From a virus (Duplodnaviria; Heunggongvirae; Uroviricota; Caudoviricetes): a stretch of DNA of 64,000 nt. Where the stretch lies: the IMG/VR virus record IMGVR_UViG_3300031418_000001. One strand, given 5' to 3'. Made by a program: the position numbers and the translations under genes. Positions 56,946-64,000 of this stretch are shown one piece after another (the stretch's first letter is position 1; each line of letters opens with the position of its first letter). The notes beneath the pieces were generated by a model that was not told the origin of the DNA, made no database searches, and saw only the letters and a program-made list of their open reading frames with translations.

Positions 56946-57836
56946 TTAATTAAAAACGTACTGTTTATTCGTTCGAGAACTGCCCTCATAACCAAGTACA
57001 TAAAATATTTCATTCTTATTATTGCTCGGAAATAATGATCCAGTACTGCCAGTTATAGTACTGTTAACATATAACGTACTCCACGTATTAGTACTTGAAT
57101 CGTACTTTCCTAAGTTCATAACATTGTTAGATATACAATAAATGTTAGAGTCGTAATAATTGTATACCATCCTCCCAGCAATACTTCCATATAAAGGAAT
57201 AGTGCTCCATTGTCCAGTACTTATATTGTACTTTTGTCCTGCACTTCCTTGACAATATAAATATGAACCATCGGTGCACATATCACCTGTACTGTTGTTT
57301 GCTATTGTGCTGGCAGTCAATGCTTTCCATGTATTTGTACTGATATTATATGAATATAAATTACTTGTACCAGGTGAACCCCACAGATATAAATTGCCAT
57401 CTCCTGCACTAACTAATTTACTATAAGTACTTTGAGCCGGTTTACCAATGCTTGTAGCATTCTGTGACCATGTATTTGTAGTTATGTTATAAACGTAAAA
57501 GTTATTATTGACTGCACCTTGATTATTCGTTATTCCACCAAAAAGATATATATTACCCATGTATGCACATAACGCAGAACCATACGTACTTACTGGTGCA
57601 TTTGATAATAATTTCCATTCCCTTGTAATTAAGTTAAAACTCCAAAGATCATTATATACAGCACTATTATTGTAACCGCCACATACATAAGCAATGTTTG
57701 TAGTACTATCATATGTATAACCAAAAATATTTCTCGGACTCGGAACAGTTGTAGTAGTATATAATGAACGTATGCCAACAATGTTAATCTTTTCAATTTT
57801 ATTCCCGTACTGACTAATTATTGATATTGGAAACAT
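56946..57836 (-). CDS. MFPI-leader Kelch-repeat protein
   Basis: YVCGGY..NDLWSF, IYLFGG..YNITTNTW. Confidence 0.85.
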   Translation of the reverse strand: MFPISIISQYGNKIEKINIVGIRSLYTTTTVPSPRNIFGYTYDSTTNIAYVCGGYNNSAVYNDLWSFNLITREWKLLSNAPVSTYGSALCAYMGNIYLFGGITNNQGAVNNNFYVYNITTNTWSQNATSIGKPAQSTYSKLVSAGDGNLYLWGSPGTSNLYSYNISTNTWKALTASTIANNSTGDMCTDGSYLYCQGSAGQKYNISTGQWSTIPLYGSIAGRMVYNYYDSNIYCISNNVMNLGKYDSSTNTWSTLYVNSTITGSTGSLFPSNNKNEIFYVLGYEGSSRTNKQYVFN

Positions 57837-57850
57837 TTCTTTCCCCCTTA

Positions 57851-58684
57851 TTATAAATTTGATGTGTTAATATTTGGATATGACCTGCCATCTCCCCAAA
57901 TAATACGTACTGCACCATTAGAAGCAGTAGTAGTTCCTCCACCAGCTCCAAATGATAAAGTACTTCCCTTATCAATACTTCCAGCAGAACCACCGCCGCC
58001 ATTTATGCCGCCAGCACCGTTTGTACCTTGTCCGTAGATACCAACTCCACCTCCTATACCACCTACTGTTCCAGTACCTGAACCGCCACCGCCAGCACCA
58101 CCTGAACCCGCAGTACCATTACTCGAATTACCAACTCCACCCGATCCACCAACTCCAGAATATCCACCAGCACCACCCGATCCACCAGTGTTTTCACCAT
58201 AATAACCACCTTTACCTCCAATACCTCCATTACCTCCACCACCATTAATAGCATTCATATTAGTACCACCCTTCCCGCCAGTACCTCCACTTCCTCCATT
58301 AACCGCAGTCGCCCCTCCTGAACCACCACCCGCAATAACTAATATTTCATCAGATCTTGTAATAGATGAATTACCTCCAGTTATAGCAGTTGTTGTTGTA
58401 GTACTCACCGTTCCCGAAGCACCAACAATTATAGTTAACGTTTCTCCTGGAGTAACAGGAATGTTGTTTCTGTAACTTAAACCTCCGCCACCTCCACCAC
58501 CTCCCGATATTCTGGTAGTTGAATTTTTATAAGTGTTTCTTCCACCTCCACCTCCCACAGTAACTGCACTAATACTTGTTACACCATCCGGTACTGTAAA
58601 ATCATATGTACCCGCTGTCATAAAATCCTGCTGACCCTTCGGAGGTAATATACTTGTATTGCTTATCATAGGAAAAGGTAACAT
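57851..58684 (-). CDS. MLPF-leader glycine-rich domain protein
   Basis: FTVPDGVTSISAVTVGGGGG..VTPGETLTIIVGA..NGAVRIIWG. Confidence 0.8.
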   Translation of the reverse strand: MLPFPMISNTSILPPKGQQDFMTAGTYDFTVPDGVTSISAVTVGGGGGRNTYKNSTTRISGGGGGGGGLSYRNNIPVTPGETLTIIVGASGTVSTTTTTAITGGNSSITRSDEILVIAGGGSGGATAVNGGSGGTGGKGGTNMNAINGGGGNGGIGGKGGYYGENTGGSGGAGGYSGVGGSGGVGNSSNGTAGSGGAGGGGSGTGTVGGIGGGVGIYGQGTNGAGGINGGGGSAGSIDKGSTLSFGAGGGTTTASNGAVRIIWGDGRSYPNINTSNL

Positions 58685-58713
58685 ACATACTCCTTGTATT
58701 TTATTATATCCGA

Positions 58714-58723
58714 TATTTACCCC
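58714..58723 (-). promoter_or_regulatory. putative late promoter GGGGTAAATA
   Basis: Conserved 10-mer upstream of 58684. Confidence 0.65.
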
Positions 58724-58773
58724 AAAAAATAAAAATAGCCCGTACTGAACGAGCTATATTTACCTATGACATC

Positions 58774-59157
58774 TTATATAATGTACCTGACAAAGTTATT
58801 GCTCGGTGTACCTAATATTCCAGTACCCAATAACCCATTACTAACCCCATTTACTACATATACGTAATTCTTATTACATGTACTTCCTATGTTACGTAAT
58901 TTGTTTAAACGAATAGCCGCTTTACGTATCTTAGAAGCAGATAAGCTAATAGCATCAATTATGTACATATCACCATCGTAATTGAAACTGAATATCTTAT
59001 CGTTATAGGAACAACAACGGTTCCCATACGTATTAAAAGTACTTACCCCTGCACTCGCAGTTATAGTACTACCAAGTACTCCTATACTTAATATAGTACC
59101 CTTAAGCCTTACGGGTGTTATCTTGCTCTTGTCAAAAAAGAATACTCCAGGTAACAT
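58774..59157 (-). pseudogene. truncated or degenerate Kelch-like paralogue of 49669..50511
   Basis: MLPG start; LKGTILSIG..FNTYGNRCCSYNDKIF aligns with LTGTVSTLG..FGAYGTRMTSYKEKLF. Confidence 0.5.
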
Positions 59158-60239
59158 AATATCCCTTACTATATGATTGATTCACGTGTAATCAATCCCC
59201 CTTGTAATATATTTAAAATACTATAAGGAATGGTAAGTACTTTTAAGCGTATTTATCTTTTATTGTGGGTTGATATCCAACGGATTTCAACACACGAAAA
59301 TGCCATACGGGAAGCCATATAGTAATAAAAAAGTTTTTAAATTAATATGCAAATACAATAAAGTACTAATACATAACAGTATCAATCTTTATAGTACTTT
59401 ACATAACAGTATACATAATTACACAACATTATAGTACTTTACACAAGTCACTAAGATCGCATTCAAAGGCATTCAAAATTTAGCATTTTATGTGAAGTAC
59501 AAAATTATAGAAAGCATTATAATGTTAATGATTTTAGTGTAAGTTAAAATGTATGATGTATGCAAAGGTTGTGCCAAAAATGTCGATTACCTTTTTGGAA
59601 AAATCTGGAAAGTACTCTAACTTAAAAGTGGATCGTGAAAATTTTGGAGTACCCTTGAGTACTCAGCTAAATGTTGGAAGTTTAATGAAAATTTCCTTGA
59701 AACGGTGGAGTCAGTCTGTTATATTAGACCTATCACGAAATGGCGTGATTGATACGTGCTTACGGATATGCCAGTACTTTATTCTGTCCGATGAAGTACT
59801 TGCATTCTGATAGCAGAGTGTGTAGTATATGCACTCAGGTAATGTGTGCTGGTGGATATGCCCTATCCCCCTTTGTCATGCCACCAGCACACATACTACC
59901 CGTACCTTTATTGGTACTCAATGGGGATTTATCATTAAGAGCATTTAAAGTACTACAGAATGTACTTAGTGCTACATCCCTGTATAGTGTTTTAGTACTT
60001 TTCAGTACTTTCAAGCCATAGACAAAATATTCCCATGACAGCAAGGATGCTTCTTTTTTATAATGGTACTAAGGAATAGTACTTAATAGTTCCCCTCCCA
60101 AGATATACCCATTCTGTAGGTACTTTACTCCTGGAATTTTGATAAAATTAGGGTACTTTGATCCTGGTTTCTGGACGGATTAGGGGCGTGTGAAAACGAC
60201 CTAAAGTTACAATTAGGCTGCTAAGTACTTAACTCAAAT

Positions 60240-60312
60240 TGAGAATGATTATCGTTTACGATCTTAAATGATAATAGTTATCATTCGTATTATCAAATGA
60301 GAATGATTCTCA
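60240..60312. promoter_or_regulatory. three tandem Fur boxes at 29-bp period
   Basis: TGAGAAT-G-ATTATCG, TGATAAT-A-GTTATCA, TGAGAAT-G-ATTCTCA. Confidence 0.75.
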
Positions 60313-60453
60313 TTCGCACGGATTTTGGCTGATTTGAGGATGCACCAAACGCACCGCTGATCTTAGATAGATCGGCAGTGTGTTACAAGCTCAAATTGTT
60401 TTTTGTTACCGCTATAGTACTATGATTGTTTAGTACTTGTCAAATTTATTTTT

Positions 60454-60510
60454 AAATGAGAATGATAATCATTTACAGTTATGGCTACATTTCCCCACCC
60501 TCTGGGGTAA
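60454..60510 (-). repeat. ~58-bp repeat copy 1 (Fur box plus CCCC/GGGG)
   Basis: AAATGAGAATGATAATCATTTACAGTTATGG..CCCCACCC..GGGG. Confidence 0.8.
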
Positions 60511-60581
60511 CGGCTTATCTGCCAATGAATATATAATATCAAAGTACTGGATTGAATGCAAGGATTATTTTGAAGTACTTT

Positions 60582-60639
60582 AAATGAGAATGATAATCAT
60601 TTACAGTTATGGCTGGATTCCCCCACCCCTTGGGGTCAT
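60582..60639 (-). repeat. ~58-bp repeat copy 2
   Basis: Near-identical to copy 1. Confidence 0.8.
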
Positions 60640-60797
60640 TATTAATATACCATAAAGGAAGTACTGACGCAAGGGATTTTAAAGATAAGTACTGAAAAAG
60701 TTTTGTACTATATAAAGGAAAGAAAGTATTCAAAGTACTTGCACTATATAGGATGCAATGATATAGTACTTCTATCGAAAACATGGGGGATAACAAA

Positions 60798-61073
60798 ATG
60801 GCTTCATACAGTGCAACTATGATTACTTTGGGCGTTTATGGCGAGCCTATCGCGGCGGGCGGTTCCTTTGGTAATATCAGTATTGACGGGCGTTTAACGC
60901 TGGATTCTGCGATTGAAGTAGCACGGGAAACATTCAAGCGGGAAGCCCAATTTAAGCACGCAAATTATCAGGGATTTGCGATTGAAAAAACTGAGCGTTT
61001 TGTGAACTACCATAATCCTAAAATGGTAGACACTAACTTAAAACCGTCAGAAGTACCTTACTTACTGCCATGA
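60798..61073 (+). CDS. early hypothetical protein
   Basis: Sigma70 promoter and GGGGGA RBS. Confidence 0.7.
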   Translation: MASYSATMITLGVYGEPIAAGGSFGNISIDGRLTLDSAIEVARETFKREAQFKHANYQGFAIEKTERFVNYHNPKMVDTNLKPSEVPYLLP

Positions 61074-61351
61074 TATTAAGTATAGTATTCAAGCCGTCAG
61101 AGCGTTCCTCTGGCGGTTTTTTCGTTTATGATAGTACTCGCGTACTGTTACGGATCTCTGAGCCTGTAGAATCGCTTACAGACGTTTCCAGGGTACTTGA
61201 TGATGCGATTCTACAGTTATTCAATGCGGGGCATAGGGGATTAGTACATATACAATTCTACGAGTATTATCGTCCGTATGAGTGTATAAAAGGATACTTA
61301 GAATTTAAAAAGAATTACCCGAAGTACTTAAATGTACTTGACGTTAAGTAA
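61070..61351 (+). CDS. hypothetical protein
   Basis: Coupled ORF, overlaps hairpins. Confidence 0.45.
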   Translation: MILSIVFKPSERSSGGFFVYDSTRVLLRISEPVESLTDVSRVLDDAILQLFNAGHRGLVHIQFYEYYRPYECIKGYLEFKKNYPKYLNVLDVK

Positions 61352-61391
61352 TATAATGTAGTACTATGTACGTATTGAAACAGGGGGATAT

Positions 61392-61811
61392 ATGAATACC
61401 GAACAAATTAAAGCAGTATTAGTAGTACTTAAGAATATGCAGACTTGTATCAGTACGCAGGATACTTACCTTCCTGGCGTTGGGGATTGGGATAACAAGG
61501 ATGATGATTATCGTTCACCGTTCAATCTGAGCGTTGCGGGTAGCGTGTGCTGGCATGTATATGCACATACGCACGGCGATTTAGGGATCGGCTATGACTT
61601 CCTTAAACCTGTATTCCTGGAGTTAGGTTATAAGGATTGTGATTATCCGGTAGAAAGTACTTTAATGCCAGACGGGTCTATTGATCAGTGGTTACAATAC
61701 CGCCATAAGATTAACCCGTATAACCTGTACTTTAAAGACATTGAAGAATGTAAGATCCGTTGTAAGCTGGTGGATCAATTAGTAGAGTACTTTGAGAATA
61801 AGCTAAAATAA
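61392..61811 (+). CDS. early protein, distant paralogue of 317..649
   Basis: VLVVLKNM..SVCW..YPVE..NPY..RCKLVDQLVEYFENKL. Confidence 0.7.
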   Translation: MNTEQIKAVLVVLKNMQTCISTQDTYLPGVGDWDNKDDDYRSPFNLSVAGSVCWHVYAHTHGDLGIGYDFLKPVFLELGYKDCDYPVESTLMPDGSIDQWLQYRHKINPYNLYFKDIEECKIRCKLVDQLVEYFENKLK

Positions 61812-61817
61812 TTTATT

Positions 61818-61855
61818 AAAAGTACCTTGTAATTTGTTATAGGGTACTTTATAAT
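61818..61855 (+). promoter_or_regulatory. early sigma70 promoter inside an AAAGTACC/GGTACTTT inverted repeat
   Basis: TTGTAA-N17-TATAAT; exact 38-bp copy at 62215. Confidence 0.85.
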
Positions 61856-61878
61856 GATGTTATTCGATAGGGGGATAT

Positions 61879-62205
61879 ATGAGTACTGTACAAGTTAATC
61901 GGGTTAATAACCTGGAAAATGAGTTTATCGCTAATGCGATTAGTATTGATGTTAATGGTACTGTAAGCATTAACCACGGGTATAATTCAGGCGGTTACGC
62001 ATCGCACCAGTACTTTATCACTAAGGACGGTGGAACGCTTGCGATTCAAACTGTTATCGACGAAATTGATAACGTAGACTTTAACGATGAATTTGATCCG
62101 CAATGGTACATTGTAGGCGTTGAAGTGAATTATGAGGATCAAGATCTTTGGGATTCCCATAATGGTTGTTTGATTGAGCCAGCATACAACCAGGAAGAAG
62201 AATAA
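61879..62205 (+). CDS. early hypothetical protein
   Basis: GGGGGA RBS. Confidence 0.75.
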   Translation: MSTVQVNRVNNLENEFIANAISIDVNGTVSINHGYNSGGYASHQYFITKDGGTLAIQTVIDEIDNVDFNDEFDPQWYIVGVEVNYEDQDLWDSHNGCLIEPAYNQEEE

Positions 62206-62214
62206 TTTATTATC

Positions 62215-62252
62215 AAAAGTACCTTGTAATTTGTTATAGGGTACTTTATAAT
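62215..62252 (+). promoter_or_regulatory. early sigma70 promoter (copy)
   Basis: Identical to 61818..61855. Confidence 0.85.
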
Positions 62253-62281
62253 AAGTTATACATTGAACGGGGGATATAAAA

Positions 62282-62518
62282 ATGGGTTCACAACGTATTA
62301 GCGAAAAAGACATTGAATCACAAATTAACATCATTAACGCAATGTACAAAAATCGTGGCGTTAATGTAGTACTTAAATCTAATCCGCGTAATGGTTATGC
62401 AGGCGTGGATTATAATAAAGACGGTGCCGGTACTATGACGCTGATTTGTATGGAGTCAAACCGTAATACTTATAACCAGTTGGAAACGCTTATTAATGGC
62501 ATCCAGCTAATGGGCTAA
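62282..62518 (+). CDS. early hypothetical protein
   Basis: GGGGGA RBS. Confidence 0.75.
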   Translation: MGSQRISEKDIESQINIINAMYKNRGVNVVLKSNPRNGYAGVDYNKDGAGTMTLICMESNRNTYNQLETLINGIQLMG

Positions 62519-62616
62519 AACGGCCCAGGGAAGCATAACAGGCGATTCTGTAAAGTACTTAATCCGTTTGGTTGAGTACTTTACAGAGTGGCCTGTAGTG
62601 CGTTCTGTGAGCTTGT

Positions 62617-62674
62617 AAATGCGAATGATTATCATTTACACTTATGGATAGTTCTCCCCGCCCCTTGGGGTCAT
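62617..62674 (-). repeat. ~58-bp repeat copy 3 (Fur box plus CCCC/GGGG)
   Basis: AAATGCGAATGATTATCATTTACACTTATGG..CCCCGCCCCTTGGGGTCAT. Confidence 0.75.
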
Positions 62675-62796
62675 GTTTAGAATAGCAAAGATGGGTACTG
62701 TAGTCAAGGAAAAGAAATAATAAAAGTACTTAAAAATACCTTGCAAATGATATATTGTTTTGGTACTATTATTACATCGAAAACAAGGGGGAATAT

Positions 62797-63030
62797 ATGG
62801 ACGAACGTATTAAGATTTGTGAAGTACTTGGTGCTATTTTAAACTCATTTAACATGAGTGAAATTAACAAGCTCAAACAACAGCATGAGAATGGCTGGAA
62901 AGAATATTTAAACGGCAATCGTAATTCACAGCTTGCTGCTGATCAAGAAATGACTAAGGTTATTACTGACCTGGTTAATGGTCTTGATCCGGTACGCGTA
63001 GAGTATATTCTTAAAGCGATTAATAAGTAG
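62797..63030 (+). CDS. early hypothetical protein
   Basis: GGGGG RBS before ATG 62797. Confidence 0.75.
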   Translation: MDERIKICEVLGAILNSFNMSEINKLKQQHENGWKEYLNGNRNSQLAADQEMTKVITDLVNGLDPVRVEYILKAINK

Positions 63031-63034
63031 TATT

Positions 63035-63072
63035 AAAAGTACCTTGACTTATATATCAGGGTACTTTATAAT
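63035..63072 (+). promoter_or_regulatory. early sigma70 promoter
   Basis: TTGACT-N17-TATAAT within the same inverted repeat. Confidence 0.85.
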
Positions 63073-63101
63073 GTACTTATCGTAACAAGGGGGATATAAA
63101 A

Positions 63102-63293
63102 ATGGCTAAATGTACTATTTGTGGTAAAGAGATTGTTTTAAATCCGTCTGCGGCAGAACGTGCGGCGAAGTTTGGCGGGAAGCCGTCTGACTATACTAAA
63201 CTGTTTACTACGCACTCTGATTGTGCAGTTAAACAGCGTTCCCAGGAAAGTACTGATTTAATGCGTCGGATTGCTGCGGAGGGGAAGAAATGA
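63102..63293 (+). CDS. small Zn-binding-like early protein
   Basis: CTICG...HSDC. Confidence 0.7.
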   Translation: MAKCTICGKEIVLNPSAAERAAKFGGKPSDYTKLFTTHSDCAVKQRSQESTDLMRRIAAEGKK

Positions 63294-63544
63294 AAACGAT
63301 TGTTATGGGTACTTATACTTATACGCCTGAAGCCGTATTAAAAGCATTCGTACACATTCAGGAACGTTTCCCTGATCTTAAAAAGGTAGAGTACGACGAA
63401 GAAGGTAACTGGTTATATTCTAATGCTGATGGTACTTTTCCGGCGTTTGATGGTCGAACTGATTGGTTAGATCAATCGGTACTGGAAGCAGGATCGGACG
63501 CTGCTTATTCAGTAGGCTATCCGGTTTGTTTCACATTAGCTTAA
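63290..63544 (+). CDS. early hypothetical protein
   Basis: Coupled ORF. Confidence 0.7.
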   Translation: MKTIVMGTYTYTPEAVLKAFVHIQERFPDLKKVEYDEEGNWLYSNADGTFPAFDGRTDWLDQSVLEAGSDAAYSVGYPVCFTLA

Positions 63545-63552
63545 GTACTATT

Positions 63553-63590
63553 AAAAGTGCCTTGCAATTATATTCAGGGTACTTTATAAT
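63553..63590 (+). promoter_or_regulatory. early sigma70 promoter
   Basis: TTGCAA-N17-TATAAT within the same inverted repeat. Confidence 0.8.
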
Positions 63591-63621
63591 GTACTTATTC
63601 AATGAAGTGGGGATTAAAGAA

Positions 63622-63867
63622 ATGAAAAGAAATAATGCAAAAGAACGTTTTCAGTCATTGATTGAAGGCCCACAAGTGTCGGATGCAGTTTCATTAATTC
63701 AGATTGCTGAAACACTTAATGAAATGTGCATTAATAAAGGTACTTTACGCGATCACTTTGCAGGACAGGCAATGATGGCCTATATTGCAGAAGGTAAATC
63801 TATACGCGACATACCTCACCTGGCATATGATATGGCTGACAGTATGATTGAGGCAAGAAAAAAATGA
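63622..63867 (+). CDS. conserved phage protein (LRDxFAxxAM..AYxxADxM family)
   Basis: LRDHFAGQAM..LAYDMADSMIEAR; start ATG 63622. Confidence 0.75.
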   Translation: MKRNNAKERFQSLIEGPQVSDAVSLIQIAETLNEMCINKGTLRDHFAGQAMMAYIAEGKSIRDIPHLAYDMADSMIEARKK

Positions 63868-64000
63868 AACGCCAATTTGCTGGTAGTACTGATTTAGTAC
63901 AGTACTTTAATACTAACCGTACTGAATACAAAGATAAAGCCATTGCTTTTATGGATGATATTGTGCAGTTAAATCGTGATATGAACTATGACGATTTAGC

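Noticed and set aside
57952-58248. His/Gln/Arg-rich + strand ORF and other antisense ORFs in the track
   Set aside because: They are shadows of Gly-rich or other real genes on the opposite strand
48380-59157. Diversity-generating retroelement acting on the propeller array
   Set aside because: No reverse transcriptase and no template/variable repeat pair with adenine-specific differences is visible
59553-60044. ORFs 59553, 59749 and 59835
   Set aside because: They overlap each other, lack clear RBSs and have atypical composition; treated as non-coding

Overview
The window is 64 kb of an AT-rich (roughly one-third GC, by eye) lytic jumbo-phage genome. The host is probably enterobacterial, judging by the sigma70 promoters, an E. 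coli ileX-like tRNA and Fur boxes. The layout recalls RAK2/GAP32/121Q-type myoviruses; that is an unverified recollection. Positions 1-48 kb are a dense + strand accessory region of small ORFs, including denV, a 2OG-Fe(II) oxygenase, three free-standing HNH nucleases, an ATP-grasp protein, a ClpP-like protease, a sigma70-family factor and an AAA+ ATPase. About 30 of these ORFs are paralogues sharing a C-terminal [DE]-x-[FYWL]-F-[NQ] motif. Interleaved with them are 19 canonical or near-canonical tRNAs and an unusually rich set of other RNAs: a group I intron in tRNA-Ile2(CAU), a compact tmRNA with an ...IAA tag, seven CAGCAA-motif RNAs that display anticodon-loop or permuted-tRNA mimics, two paralogous tRNA-like RNAs of about 165 nt, a structured RNA of about 530 nt, and an RNA of about 350 nt with tandem 7-8 nt repeats behind a coiled-coil gene. 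Positions 48-59 kb hold a minus-strand array of RCC1, Kelch, LCCL and Gly-rich genes that share an N-terminal MLPFP...YGN leader and a GGGGTAAATA putative late promoter. Positions 59-61 kb are non-coding and contain clustered Fur boxes. Positions 61-64 kb are early genes with repeated strong promoters. GTAC/AGTACT is strongly over-represented throughout. All calls were made by eye, with no database searches.
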